The notes: generated from the sequence alone by a model not told the origin. A DNA stretch of 64,000 nucleotides from Ignavibacteriota bacterium (GCA_963701295.1 OY969585.1:832001-896000), one strand, 5' to 3'. Counted from the first letter of the stretch, positions 19,424 to 30,029 are shown. Program-made: numbers and translations.

Positions 19424-21346
19424 ATGAAAAATACAAGGCCATTGTTAATTGCAGTGTGCATTATTTTATTATCGACACGATTATATCCACAGACAGTTAA
19501 TTTTACTATTACCATAAACAATTCGCCTACGTTTATAAGCCCTTACATCTACGGTGCCAATCCGCAGTTTACGGCAAACGAGAACTTAGGAGCACGCAGA
19601 CTGGGCGGAAACAGATTAACCGGATATAACTGGGAAAACAATGCTTCAAATGCCGGAACCGATTGGAACAATGAGAGTGACGATTACTTGTCATCCGGAC
19701 TCCCCAATCCGAATGCACCCGGAGCTGTTCTTACTTCTTTTCATGACGATGCTCTCAGCGTCGGCGCTTATCCGCTCATCACTTTGCAAATGGCCGGGTA
19801 TGTGGCAAAAGACGAAAACGGTGAAGTATTAGCATCTGAGACTGCCCCATCTCCGCGATGGGATAAAGTGCAGTTTGTAAAAGGAAGTGCTTTCTCTCTA
19901 AAACCCAGTCTTACAGATACTTCTGTCTATATGGATGAATGTGTAAACTTCTTGGTAAATACATTCGGCTTGGCCAATACCGCTAATGGTGTCAAGGGTT
20001 ATGAGCTGGATAACGAGCCAGCTCTCTGGCCATCGACACATCCGAGAATACATCCTGATACAACGAGATGCATAGAGATTGTCCAGAAAGGTGTTACTCT
20101 CTCAAATGCAGTGAAAATTGTCGATTCAACTGCAAAGATTTTTGGACCAGTGTTGTATGGATTCAGCGCATATTACAATTTCCAGGGTGCTCCTGATTGG
20201 AATTCTGTAAGCAAGGGAAAAAATTATTCATGGTTCATCGATTACTATCTTGATCAGATGAAACAAGCGGAAACAACCTACGGAAAACGGCTGCTGGACG
20301 TACTTGATATCCACTGGTATCCCGAAGCAATAGGGGACAGCAGAATCACGGACACAAGTGCAAATTCTGCAAACGATAAAGCAGCAAGACTTCAAGCTCC
20401 TCGGACATTGTGGGATGCGAAGTACGGCTATTCAGCATCGAATCCAGCTATTGGCGAAAACAGCTGGATCAGCCAATGGGACCAACAATATCTTCCGCTC
20501 ATCCCCAGGCTCATGGCTTCAATCAATAAATACTATCCTGGCACAAAGCTCGCCTTCACCGAATTTACATATGGCGGAGAACATGACATTTCCGGCGCTC
20601 TTGCGACCGCAGATGTTCTAGGCATCTTTGGTAAATATGGTGTGTACTTCGCAACATTCTGGCCTGGCAGTGATAATACATTCTACGTTCAAGCTGCATA
20701 TAGAATTTACAGAAATTATGACGGATCGAAATCCGCGTTTGGCGATGCTTCCATACCCGCCCGTACAAGCGACAGTGTCAACACTTCCATTTATGGATCC
20801 GTGAAAACCGGAAGCAATGAGATACATTTAGTAGTCATTAATAAAAACCTGAGCAGCAGCAGGATGGGCAACTTTACAATATCGAACACTTCCTCTATCA
20901 CGGGAGGAAATGTTTGGATTCTTGATAGTAGCAGCACTCAGATCAGAAATGCAGGTACCGTAGCATCGATTGCAGGCAATTCTTTTTCTTATACATTACC
21001 GGCGGGTTCCGTGTGCCATTTTGTACTACAGACCTCTGGTACATTTGTAGATCAGAATCCGACAACTGCACGGCCTACGAAAATGGAAATACGAACATAC
21101 CCCAATCCATTTAATCCCTCTTGTAAAATTGAGTACACATTACCTGATAATTCTGAATATACTATAGCAATAGTAGATTTAATGGGACGAGTGATAAAAA
21201 CGTATCGCCAACTTTCTCAAAGTGGATCCGTACAATGGGATGGAAGAAACGAACAGAATCAGACCGTTGCATCAGGTGTCTATTGCGTTATCGTACGCGG
21301 AGGGAATCAACAGCCTTTGTCAAAGAAAATTGTACTCATAAAATAG
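19424..21346 (+). CDS. Secreted GH44-like endoglucanase/xyloglucanase with C-terminal sorting (T9SS-like/FlgD-Ig) domain
   Basis: RLGGNRLTGYNWENNASNAG, LDNEPALW and FTEF catalytic Glu motifs, LDIHWYPE; tail YPNPFNPS...VASGVY...KKIVLIK. Confidence 0.85.
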   Translation: MKNTRPLLIAVCIILLSTRLYPQTVNFTITINNSPTFISPYIYGANPQFTANENLGARRLGGNRLTGYNWENNASNAGTDWNNESDDYLSSGLPNPNAPGAVLTSFHDDALSVGAYPLITLQMAGYVAKDENGEVLASETAPSPRWDKVQFVKGSAFSLKPSLTDTSVYMDECVNFLVNTFGLANTANGVKGYELDNEPALWPSTHPRIHPDTTRCIEIVQKGVTLSNAVKIVDSTAKIFGPVLYGFSAYYNFQGAPDWNSVSKGKNYSWFIDYYLDQMKQAETTYGKRLLDVLDIHWYPEAIGDSRITDTSANSANDKAARLQAPRTLWDAKYGYSASNPAIGENSWISQWDQQYLPLIPRLMASINKYYPGTKLAFTEFTYGGEHDISGALATADVLGIFGKYGVYFATFWPGSDNTFYVQAAYRIYRNYDGSKSAFGDASIPARTSDSVNTSIYGSVKTGSNEIHLVVINKNLSSSRMGNFTISNTSSITGGNVWILDSSSTQIRNAGTVASIAGNSFSYTLPAGSVCHFVLQTSGTFVDQNPTTARPTKMEIRTYPNPFNPSCKIEYTLPDNSEYTIAIVDLMGRVIKTYRQLSQSGSVQWDGRNEQNQTVASGVYCVIVRGGNQQPLSKKIVLIK

Positions 21347-21381
21347 CAATCTCCTTTTGTCCGGAAGAATGATCGCTCAGT

Positions 21382-22647
21382 CTATAATTCTTCCATTGTT
21401 TGGCGTGGCCGGATGATACGTACACGATCACCGTTCACAAGAATTTCAGCGGGACGAAGTCGGCCATTGTAATTGGAACTTAGCACAAAACCATATGCGC
21501 CGGTCGTGAGCACTGCAAGATAATCCCCTGCGTTGGTTTTTGGCAACAATCGTTCCCGTGCAAAAAAATCGCTGCTTTCACAGATCGGTCCAACAATATC
21601 AACCTTCTCGTGTTCGTATGTATCAATGGATACTGGAACGATTTGATGATATGCCTGGTAGAGACTAGGCCTCAGCAAGTCGTTCATGCCGCTATCGATG
21701 ATGATAAATTTTTTCGACGAGTTCTCTTTAACAGAAATGACACGGGTTATTAATACTCCGGCGTCTGCAACAATCGAACGCCCCGGTTCAAACCAAAGAG
21801 AACAACCAGATGGCTGCAAAATGGGCAACACTGCTGTAAGAAAATCTGTGGGTGTTGGTATACTAGTATCCGGCGTTTCTTCTTTTGGAAGCGCTTCATG
21901 CACAATGGCATTGGCATACTGAACACCAAAACCACCGCCAAAATCAATATGCGTCAAATTGATGCCGGTTGAACGCAATTTTTCGATCAATCCGACCACA
22001 TAGTTTGCCGTTGCTATAAACGGTTCAACTTTTGCAATTTGTGATCCAATGTGAGTATGAATTCCAATCAGTTCCAGCGATGATAACGAGGCTGCGTACT
22101 GAAATACTTCGAATGCTTTTGATGCTTCGATGCCAAATTTAGTTGTTTGTAGACCCGTGGTAATGTACGGATGGCTTTGTGCATCGATATCTGGATTGAT
22201 GCGAAGTGCAATGCGGGCTTTCTTTCCCATTCGAAGTGCTGCACGTGAGATCATATGCAGTTCTGCTACCGATTCAACATTGAAGGAGAAAATGTCCTGC
22301 TTCAATGCGTATTCGATTTCATCTTCTCGTTTCCCTACACCTGCAAAGACAATCTTGTCCTGAGGGAACCCGGCTTTTAACGCAAGATACAACTCCCCAG
22401 TGGAGACTACATCCGCACCAGCACCTTCTGCAGCAAGTAATCTCAAAATAGAATGATTCGCATTCGCCTTCAGTGCATAACACACGAGGTGATTCGTTTC
22501 TCCCAGCACGCCATGAAGTGATCGATAATTCTCCGTGATTTGGTTCTTGCTATAAACGTATAATGGCGTACCGTACTCTTCCGCTAATTCTTTTAAGGGA
22601 ATGTCTTCACATATGAGAGCGTTTTCTTTATATGTTATATAATTCAT
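21382..22647 (-). CDS. lysA: Diaminopimelate decarboxylase
   Basis: YALKAN (PLP Lys), HTHIGSQ, DFGGGFG, EPGRSIV, GPICESSD. Confidence 0.95.
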   Translation of the reverse strand: MNYITYKENALICEDIPLKELAEEYGTPLYVYSKNQITENYRSLHGVLGETNHLVCYALKANANHSILRLLAAEGAGADVVSTGELYLALKAGFPQDKIVFAGVGKREDEIEYALKQDIFSFNVESVAELHMISRAALRMGKKARIALRINPDIDAQSHPYITTGLQTTKFGIEASKAFEVFQYAASLSSLELIGIHTHIGSQIAKVEPFIATANYVVGLIEKLRSTGINLTHIDFGGGFGVQYANAIVHEALPKEETPDTSIPTPTDFLTAVLPILQPSGCSLWFEPGRSIVADAGVLITRVISVKENSSKKFIIIDSGMNDLLRPSLYQAYHQIVPVSIDTYEHEKVDIVGPICESSDFFARERLLPKTNAGDYLAVLTTGAYGFVLSSNYNGRLRPAEILVNGDRVRIIRPRQTMEEL

Positions 22648-22709
22648 GTACGATTTAAGGTTTTCGATTGATAAGAAAGCATCGTGATATATCTATTTCT
22701 ATTCCTCAT

Positions 22710-23375
22710 TTATGTAAGCAGCCCAATAAGCATATCTAACGGCATGCGCAGTGTGAGTACTACAGAAAAAACAGCATGTTGAAATGGCGCTATTCGCATC
22801 AGCATAATAACAATGAGGATTCCGAAAAATCCGATTTGCCGAAACTGCTCGCCTTTTTTTTCTGGAAGCAACGATGATAATACATGTGAACCATCTAACG
22901 GTGGAACAGGAATCAGATTAAAGACAGCAAGAAAAATATTTAGCGTGATACCGGCGGCAAACATGCGAATCACAAATGTTGCCATTTCACGTTGAAGATC
23001 ACTTTCGACCAATGTTATCGAACCGAAAAAATTCACCAAAAGAATGTAAAAAATCGAACAAAAGCATGCTATCAATAAGTTAGAAAACGGACCAGCGATG
23101 GAGACAAGAATATCGTCCCGGTGATAATTACGAAAATGAGCTGGATTGATTGGGACCGGTTTTGCCCATGCAATAAACACAGATCCAGCAGAGATAAACG
23201 ACAACAATGGAATGGCAATAGATCCGATTGGGTCAATATGGGGAATCGGATTAAATGTTAACCGACCGGCGTCGCGTGCAGTCGAGTCACCCAGACGCAG
23301 CGCCACCCATCCATGCGCTACTTCATGCACGACAATAGAAAAAAGCAGAATCGGTAATACATAAAGAGAATCCAA
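22710..23375 (-). CDS. Site-2 protease (peptidase M50)
   Basis: HEVAHG, AGPFSN, FNLIPVPPLDG. Confidence 0.92.
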   Translation of the reverse strand: MDSLYVLPILLFSIVVHEVAHGWVALRLGDSTARDAGRLTFNPIPHIDPIGSIAIPLLSFISAGSVFIAWAKPVPINPAHFRNYHRDDILVSIAGPFSNLLIACFCSIFYILLVNFFGSITLVESDLQREMATFVIRMFAAGITLNIFLAVFNLIPVPPLDGSHVLSSLLPEKKGEQFRQIGFFGILIVIMLMRIAPFQHAVFSVVLTLRMPLDMLIGLLT

Positions 23376-23397
23376 GAGAATGTCCTTTCAAAAACAA

Positions 23398-23423
23398 TCC
23401 GTCCCGCTGCGATGCGGGACGGG
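23398..23423. repeat. GC-rich palindrome with TCCCGC/GCGGGA core
   Basis: TCCGTCCCGC-TGCGAT-GCGGGACGGG. Confidence 0.7.
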
Positions 23424-23588
23424 CAAAAAATACTATCTGCATTCAATACCTATATATAGGTACCAAAAAATGTGGTGGAATTCAAGAAGTTCCCGTACAT
23501 GAATCATTGCATCTGCGGCACTGTTTTTCTATATTCATTCCATATTTCATGTAACATCCTTATATACTTTGACAGTCCGAGGTTTCCA

Positions 23589-25502
23589 ATGAACATTAGA
23601 TTCTTGTCCTTACTCTCTGGTATCCTTTGCGTTGCTACGATTCTCAATGCTCAGGCACCTTCTATTCAGTTGAAGATTAAAGAAAAATCCGGTTTCTTAG
23701 GTATGGGCGGTCCTCGCACACTGAAGATCGAACTCTCAAATCAAAATCGCCAACAACGATTAACAAGCGACAGCGTTAACAGCGGGGAGTACTTCTTCTT
23801 TCTTGTGACACCCTTAGAAGATTGGAGGCTCGATGAGGATTTTGCAAAGGAAGAGATTTCTAAAATCAGTATTAGTCAAGACGGAAATAAAATCTCCATT
23901 GCATGGAAGAGTGATCTGATCAAGGGGGGAAACAATGCCTTATTGCTTGGATTCTCAAAGACATTCAAGTTTAACCTTCCCTTTTCGTTCCAATATCCGG
24001 TCGATGACGTAATGAATCAGGCAGAGTATATTGTACCACAGGAATTATGGCCAGGGTTTACGACAATCACCGATCTTACGAAGCAAGCCGAAACCGCGAT
24101 AGCTGCGAAACAATTCAAATCAGCTATTGGATTCTACGGGCAGATTCTGGGGAACAAAAACTTGCAGATTTTCCCTCAATATGAAGAATCAAAGAAAAAG
24201 CGTACTCAATGTTTCGATAGTTTTCATAACGAAACTTCTTTATCGTTCCAAGCAGCAGCTACAAATGCACAAATAGATTTGAATTCACGTATAGCTCTTA
24301 TGGATGGGTTTAAGCCGAACTTGAAGATGATACTCGATTCATTACCGCAGGCCGAATGGAACATCGGTTCGCTTGATTCGGCTGTCGCCCCTATTTTAAA
24401 TCAATGCCGAAATTCACTCGCCCATCTCAACAGTTTTCGTGATTCGCTCCAGCATATTTTGGATGATCAGAACGTACGATGGATTATCGAAGGCTCCGCA
24501 ACAGGTAAAAACGGTTACCTCTATGTATACATGATCGAAACATTAGCATCGGCTTTTTCATCTCTCAATTTTGCCGACACACTTGCACTAGAATTGAAAG
24601 TGAAGATATCAGATGAATATCAGACACGGTTGACAAAATATGACATCATGTCGTCTTATGAGACATTCATCCGCATTTGTAACGAACGGTATCAAACACA
24701 TCTTCCTGTTTTCCCGATCGATTTCCTTCCCAACCTCAAGAAAGACAGCATTTCTTTTCCACTGCCCTATTATTCAATACTCAAAGCAGTAAATGATTAT
24801 TACTATGGCGACTTTGCAAGCGCAAAGAAAGAGATCATCCATATCTTCCGCACGAATTACGAACCAGATATCAATAGCCGATTTGACATAATGCGTGTGG
24901 TCATTGCGAACCGCGAACAACGTATTTCACCGGACGTGATGAAGATGTTCGAAGAAGCAGAACAATTGGAAAAAGTAAAAGATCTTCAGAATGCACAAGA
25001 CAAATACCGCCAAATTACATTGATTGCACCAAATTTTGCGTATGGTTTTTTTATGCTCGGAAAATTTTACAGTCGCACAGGTGATCCCATCCGGGCAAAT
25101 TATTCATATCAACGGGCATATCAAATTGACTCGCTTTATTTAAGCGCCTATCGCGAGAGCTATAGTATCTTTCTAAAGCAAAGCAACTTCAAAGAAATTA
25201 TTAACATGTATTCCATAGCACTTTCTAAAGGGAACAATTATTGGGAAATTAATTATACTCTGGGCGTAGCTTTTACCGGTGAGGCAGATCCAGCACGCGC
25301 CATCCAAAGTTTTGAACGCGCACTCGTACTCAATCCAAAAAGCTACAAAACAAATATCCAGATTGGACTCGCGCATCAGAATGTTAAGAACTACCAAAAA
25401 GCACGCGAGTATTTTAACAATGCCATCGGCTTAGATCCTACGCGGCAGGAAGCAGTCGATTATCTGACAAAGTTGAACGAACTCCAGCGAACCGGCAGAT
25501 GA
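23589..25502 (+). CDS. Exported tetratricopeptide-repeat protein
   Basis: Signal peptide (MNIRFLSLL...LNAQ) and C-terminal TPRs (A...Y..A..LNP/LDP). ATG at 23589. Confidence 0.8.
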   Translation: MNIRFLSLLSGILCVATILNAQAPSIQLKIKEKSGFLGMGGPRTLKIELSNQNRQQRLTSDSVNSGEYFFFLVTPLEDWRLDEDFAKEEISKISISQDGNKISIAWKSDLIKGGNNALLLGFSKTFKFNLPFSFQYPVDDVMNQAEYIVPQELWPGFTTITDLTKQAETAIAAKQFKSAIGFYGQILGNKNLQIFPQYEESKKKRTQCFDSFHNETSLSFQAAATNAQIDLNSRIALMDGFKPNLKMILDSLPQAEWNIGSLDSAVAPILNQCRNSLAHLNSFRDSLQHILDDQNVRWIIEGSATGKNGYLYVYMIETLASAFSSLNFADTLALELKVKISDEYQTRLTKYDIMSSYETFIRICNERYQTHLPVFPIDFLPNLKKDSISFPLPYYSILKAVNDYYYGDFASAKKEIIHIFRTNYEPDINSRFDIMRVVIANREQRISPDVMKMFEEAEQLEKVKDLQNAQDKYRQITLIAPNFAYGFFMLGKFYSRTGDPIRANYSYQRAYQIDSLYLSAYRESYSIFLKQSNFKEIINMYSIALSKGNNYWEINYTLGVAFTGEADPARAIQSFERALVLNPKSYKTNIQIGLAHQNVKNYQKAREYFNNAIGLDPTRQEAVDYLTKLNELQRTGR

Positions 25503-25553
25503 ATCTTATGTTTCAAGAAATGCTACTGAAGGAATTCCAAGGTGAACCCTTTT

Positions 25554-25582
25554 TTGCTTTTCATTCAATCGGTTCTTATATT
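25554..25582 (+). promoter_or_regulatory. Putative sigma70-type promoter for tRNA-Leu/tig
   Basis: TTGCTT-N17-TATATT. Confidence 0.6.
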
Positions 25583-25644
25583 GAAATGCCCAATTGCAGG
25601 CGTTTATGAGAGAACGCTCAGCTTATTGGGCATTTTTTACAAAG

Positions 25645-25853
25645 GGGCACATGGCGAAACTGGCAGATGCGTCCCGCAAAACGATTTCGGGTAGATGGCG
25701 AAACTGGCAGACGCGCTAGCCTTAGGAGCTAGTGGAGTAATCCATGGGGGTTCAACTCCCCCTCTACCCACAGAGGTTTGCGGGATGGGGAAACCCATGT
25801 GGGTTCCCAGCCGGAGGCTGATGCGCTTATAGCGCAGAGTCCGTCCGTGCCCA
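25645..25853 (+). pseudogene. Degenerate outer tRNA-Leu-type gene, interrupted in the anticodon arm (by an intact tRNA) and in the T-loop
   Basis: Acceptor GGGCAC/GTGCCC-A, D arm TGGCGAAACTGGCAGATGCG, variable arm TGGG-GAAA-CCCA, T arm GTGGG-TTC[30 nt]GAGT-CCGTC. No anticodon of its own. Confidence 0.8.
25689..25770 (+). tRNA. tRNA-Leu(TAG)
   Basis: Full cloverleaf: GGGTAGA/TCTACCC, D arm, CTAGC-CTTAGGA-GCTAG, variable arm TGGA-GTAA-TCCA, GGGGG-TTCAACT-CCCCC, discriminator A. CCA is not encoded. Lies upstream of tig. Confidence 0.96.
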
Positions 25854-25881
25854 CAAATCGTGTATTATAAATTAAAGGAAG

Positions 25882-27153
25882 TTGAGCGTGGAAGTAATTA
25901 TTCAATCTTTGTCAGATGTCTCACGCGAAGTGGAAATCACCGCCACAACTGAAGACCTTATGCCTCATTTTGATAAAGCATATTTAGAGTATAGAAAAAA
26001 AATCGAAATTCGTGGATTCCGGAAAGGGAAAGCGCCCTTAGACATCGTCAAAAAACTTTATGGCGATTTAATTGAAAACGATTCTCTGAACGAAGTCGCT
26101 ACCGAGATGTACCGCAAAGCCGTAAAAGAAAAAGAATTGAAACCCATCGGCGAACCTGTACTCGTTGACATGGATTATAAACGCGGCGAAAGTTTTCGAT
26201 GTAAGATTCAATATGATATTCGTCCGACCATAGAGGTGAAACAATACAAGGGTATTGCAGTAGAGAAAAGTGTGCATACCATAACCGATGACGAGGTTGA
26301 AAAAGAAATCATTCGTCTGCAACGGATCAATGCTATGATGGAAGAAGTGGAGGTTGTCACCGATCCAGAGCATATTGTCACCGCGACTCTCCAGGACCTA
26401 GATGACAATGGTACTCCGGTAATCGGGAAGAAAAGTGATGATATTCGTTTTTATCTCGCCGATGATCAGCTTGAACAGCCATTTAAGGATACATTACGAG
26501 AAGCGCGAAAGGGCGGTAATTATCGCGTGCAATTTGAACATAAGCACGGTGAGCATGCACATACCGTCAACACACAAATCATCGTCACGAAGATTCAAAA
26601 AGTCACACTCTCGCCGCTGGACGATGCGTTTGTCGCTAAGGTCACAAAAGATAAGTTCGTAACTGTCGATTCATTACGGGCTGGAATTCGGGAAGATATC
26701 ATTTCTTATTGGAAGGAAAAAACCGAACGTCAGGTGATCAATTCGATAACATCTGAAATTATCCGACTTCATGAATTTCAGGTGCCGGAATCGCTTATAC
26801 GCAGTGTGCTTGAAGGACTGTTGGAAGAAGTGAAGAATGAATATCCCAATAAACGATTACCGGATGAATTTGACATCGAGAAATTTAACGAAGAGAACCG
26901 CGCATATGCCATCTATCAGGCAAAGTGGGCATTATTACGCGAAGAGTTGATCAAAGCAGAGAATATCACCGTTTCCGATGAAGACCTTGAAAAGTTGGCA
27001 GAAACAGAATCTGACAAAATTAAAATTCCGAAAGATCGTCTTATCAGCTATTACAAATCTTCCGAACAGATCAAAGATCGCCTTATCGGCGATACGCTAT
27101 TGAAAATTCTTGTGGACTCGGCAAAAATAAGGGAAGTCCCTGAAAAAGCGTAA
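25882..27153 (+). CDS. tig: Trigger factor
   Basis: GFRKGKAP ribosome-binding motif; tig-clpP-clpX synteny. Confidence 0.93.
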   Translation: MSVEVIIQSLSDVSREVEITATTEDLMPHFDKAYLEYRKKIEIRGFRKGKAPLDIVKKLYGDLIENDSLNEVATEMYRKAVKEKELKPIGEPVLVDMDYKRGESFRCKIQYDIRPTIEVKQYKGIAVEKSVHTITDDEVEKEIIRLQRINAMMEEVEVVTDPEHIVTATLQDLDDNGTPVIGKKSDDIRFYLADDQLEQPFKDTLREARKGGNYRVQFEHKHGEHAHTVNTQIIVTKIQKVTLSPLDDAFVAKVTKDKFVTVDSLRAGIREDIISYWKEKTERQVINSITSEIIRLHEFQVPESLIRSVLEGLLEEVKNEYPNKRLPDEFDIEKFNEENRAYAIYQAKWALLREELIKAENITVSDEDLEKLAETESDKIKIPKDRLISYYKSSEQIKDRLIGDTLLKILVDSAKIREVPEKA

Positions 27154-27173
27154 GAAAAAAGGAAAAAATCATT

Positions 27174-27800
27174 ATGGCATATACTGAAATCTATGATCAA
27201 CTCGTTCCCATTGTCGTAGAACAAACCGGCCGAGGTGAGCGATCATTCGACATTTTCTCGCGGCTGCTGAAAGAACGGATTGTATTCCTCGGCACACCTA
27301 TCGACGATACCGTCGCCAGTCTTACGATTGCCCAGTTATTGTTCCTCGAATCGGATGACCCCGACAAGGACATTCACCTCTACATTAACAGCCCGGGTGG
27401 AAGTGTGTCTGCAGGCCTTGCCATTTATGATACGATGCAGTATATTCGTCCAGATGTTTCCACCATCTGTATGGGTATGGCGGCAAGTATGGCAGCTGTG
27501 CTGCTGGCAGGTGGAATGAAAGGAAAGCGTACAGCACTTCCTAATGCGCGAGTGATGATTCACCAGCCATGGGGCGGCGTGCAAGGTACGGCGTCTGATA
27601 TCAGTATTCAAGCAGAAGAGATTCTCAAAACCAAGAAACGGATTAATGAGATTCTTTCCATGCATACCGGACGTTCACTTGATCAAGTTGAAAAAGACAC
27701 GGATCGAGATTATTACCTTGCTGCCGATGAAGCAAAAGAGTACGGATTGATTGATAATATTCTCGTAAAGCGAGTCGGTGAAGTAAAGAAAGAAAAATAA
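27174..27800 (+). CDS. clpP: ATP-dependent Clp protease proteolytic subunit
   Basis: [34 protein letters not shown]. Confidence 0.97.
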   Translation: MAYTEIYDQLVPIVVEQTGRGERSFDIFSRLLKERIVFLGTPIDDTVASLTIAQLLFLESDDPDKDIHLYINSPGGSVSAGLAIYDTMQYIRPDVSTICMGMAASMAAVLLAGGMKGKRTALPNARVMIHQPWGGVQGTASDISIQAEEILKTKKRINEILSMHTGRSLDQVEKDTDRDYYLAADEAKEYGLIDNILVKRVGEVKKEK

Positions 27801-27842
27801 TCGTTCACAAATTACCGGTAATGAATAAAAGCCGGATAGGAT

Positions 27843-29102
27843 ATGACACAGAAACCTAGGCAAGGCGAAAAAATTGCGTGCTCCTTCTGCGGACGCACGC
27901 CGGAAGAAGTCAACAGTATCATCGCAGGACCGGATGTCTATATTTGCGACCTCTGCGTTGGAAGTTCCGTTGACATCATCAAGAACAATATGGCGGCAAT
28001 TAATGCGCGGCGGTTTGGCTTCCGTCGTTCACTAACACCTGTTGACATTAAGAAGTCACTTGATGAATTTGTCGTTGGACAAGATCATGCCAAGCGTACA
28101 CTCGCAGTTGCAGTATACAACCATTATAAGCGCATCGATGCAAGTGATCAAATGGCAAATCTCGATGAAGTAGAAATCGAGAAGAGCAACATCCTCCTCG
28201 TTGGACCAACTGGAACCGGTAAAACACTGCTTGCACAAACACTCGCGCGAATTCTTGATGTGCCTTTCGCCATTGCCGACGCAACAACATTAACAGAAGC
28301 TGGCTATGTCGGTGACGATGTTGAAACGATCCTCGTCTATCTTTTACAGAATGCCGATTATAATGTTGAGAAAGCTGAGCGAGGTATCGTTTATATTGAT
28401 GAGATTGACAAAATTGCCCGTAAAGGCGACAGTGCTTCTATTACACGTGATGTTTCCGGCGAAGGTGTACAGCAAGCACTGCTGAAAATCCTTGAGGGCA
28501 CCATCGCCGGTGTCCCACCGAAAGGCGGACGCAAACATCCGGAGCAAAGTCTCATTAACGTCAATACAAAGAACATCCTCTTCATTTGCGGCGGTGCATT
28601 CGATGGATTGGAAAAAATTATCGAGCGGCGTGTGAGTCAAAATCCTGTAGGGTTTGGAGCTGAGCTTAAAGGAAAGAAGAGCAAGTCCCGTGGAAAAATT
28701 TTGCAGCAAGTAGAGCCGGATGATTTGCTCAAGTACGGATTAATTCCAGAATTTATCGGCCGGTTACCCGTTACCGCTTCACTTGATCCTCTTGACGAAA
28801 TTGCGCTCTTGAACATCCTGACACAGCCGCGCAACGCAATCGTAAAGCAATATCAAAAACTCTTTTCACTGGAAGGTGTAGAATTGGAACTTGAGGAGAG
28901 TGCTCTCAAATCAGTTGTCGATAAAGCGATGGAACGGGGCACAGGTGCCCGTGCCCTTCGCTCTATTATTGAGGCAGTAATGCTTGATGTGATGTATCAT
29001 CTTCCCTCGCGAAGCAATGTTTCGAAGTGCATCATCACGAAAGATACTATCCTCAAAGCAAAAGATCCGATTTACCTCTACGAGGAACGAAAGTCGGCAT
29101 AA
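27843..29102 (+). CDS. clpX: ATP-dependent Clp protease ATP-binding subunit
   Basis: CSFC..ICDLC zinc finger, [25 protein letters not shown] loop. Confidence 0.97.
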   Translation: MTQKPRQGEKIACSFCGRTPEEVNSIIAGPDVYICDLCVGSSVDIIKNNMAAINARRFGFRRSLTPVDIKKSLDEFVVGQDHAKRTLAVAVYNHYKRIDASDQMANLDEVEIEKSNILLVGPTGTGKTLLAQTLARILDVPFAIADATTLTEAGYVGDDVETILVYLLQNADYNVEKAERGIVYIDEIDKIARKGDSASITRDVSGEGVQQALLKILEGTIAGVPPKGGRKHPEQSLINVNTKNILFICGGAFDGLEKIIERRVSQNPVGFGAELKGKKSKSRGKILQQVEPDDLLKYGLIPEFIGRLPVTASLDPLDEIALLNILTQPRNAIVKQYQKLFSLEGVELELEESALKSVVDKAMERGTGARALRSIIEAVMLDVMYHLPSRSNVSKCIITKDTILKAKDPIYLYEERKSA

Positions 29103-29136
29103 AGCAGTTTTAACAATTTACTGTCAGACATAATAT

Positions 29137-29175
29137 CAACGCCTGTTGGAGTCTCTCTTGCGGGCGTTGTTTTTT
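29137..29175 (+). terminator. Intrinsic terminator after clpX
   Basis: CAACGCCTGT...GCGGGCGTTG followed by a T-run. Confidence 0.7.
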
Positions 29176-29255
29176 AGCAGTATAATCCATCGTAAACTCC
29201 GGTTTGCTTTGGAGAACAACGATATGCATGTTGTTGTAGACGGCAGGAAGTATGT

Positions 29256-30029
29256 TTAGACGACTTCTATTTTTGAATTCACAACTGATTTCATTTCAAA
29301 TATCTTGAAGTGACCCATCCCCCATTTGTTCAACCTGAATTTCAACGCCGTGTTCAGGCAACCCAAACCATATTTCATACTCTGAACAAAATTAATGGAA
29401 GATGCTTCTGGAAAATATTTTGCCGGACACGTTATCTCACCTACACGGAACCCTGCATACAGGATCTGTGAAAGCATCTGATTATCGAAAACAAAGTCAT
29501 TTGAATTATCATCCAAGGAAATCGCTTCCAGGACTTTCCGAGTAAAAGCACGGTAGCCCGTGTGGTATTCCGATAGCTTTTCACCCATCATAACATTTTG
29601 GATGAGTGTTAACAAACGATTATTTATATACTTATATATTGGCATCCCTCCCTGAATGGCTTTTCCTCCAAGGATACGAGAGCCAAGTACAACGTCATAT
29701 TCTCCCGACAAAAGAAGGAACGCCATTGCGGGAATCAGTTTTGGAGTGTACTGATAATCAGGGTGAAGCATTACGACGATATCCGCGCCACTTTGAAGAG
29801 CTGCCCGGTAACAGGACTTTTGATTTCCTCCATAACCAAGATTCTTCGCATGGACGAGCGTACGGATATTAAGACTCTTTGCGACTGCTACCGTGCGGTC
29901 GATACTGGCATCATCAACAAGAAGAACCTCGTCAACAATGTCGAATGGTATTTCGCGATAAGTTGTTACTAGAGTCTTTTCTGCATTATATGCTGGGAGA
30001 ACGACAACGATTTTTTTATTTCGTACCAT
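29256..30029 (-). CDS. Glycosyltransferase family 2 (polyprenol-phosphate glycosyltransferase-like)
   Basis: VVLPAYNA, LVDDAS, NLGYGGNQK, HPDYQY, GYRAF. Confidence 0.9.
   Translation of the reverse strand: MVRNKKIVVVLPAYNAEKTLVTTYREIPFDIVDEVLLVDDASIDRTVAVAKSLNIRTLVHAKNLGYGGNQKSCYRAALQSGADIVVMLHPDYQYTPKLIPAMAFLLLSGEYDVVLGSRILGGKAIQGGMPIYKYINNRLLTLIQNVMMGEKLSEYHTGYRAFTRKVLEAISLDDNSNDFVFDNQMLSQILYAGFRVGEITCPAKYFPEASSINFVQSMKYGLGCLNTALKFRLNKWGMGHFKIFEMKSVVNSKIEVV

Noticed and set aside
25645-25853. Prophage or genomic-island attachment site at tRNA-Leu
   Set aside because: No integrase or cargo genes are present, and both halves of the second tRNA flank the intact one, which does not fit attL/attR geometry.
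29131-29215. Resemblance of the clpX-GT2 spacer to the lptD 3' end (TAATAT-CAACGCCT)
   Set aside because: The match is short and coincides with the clpX terminator stem; there is no convincing codon-level alignment.
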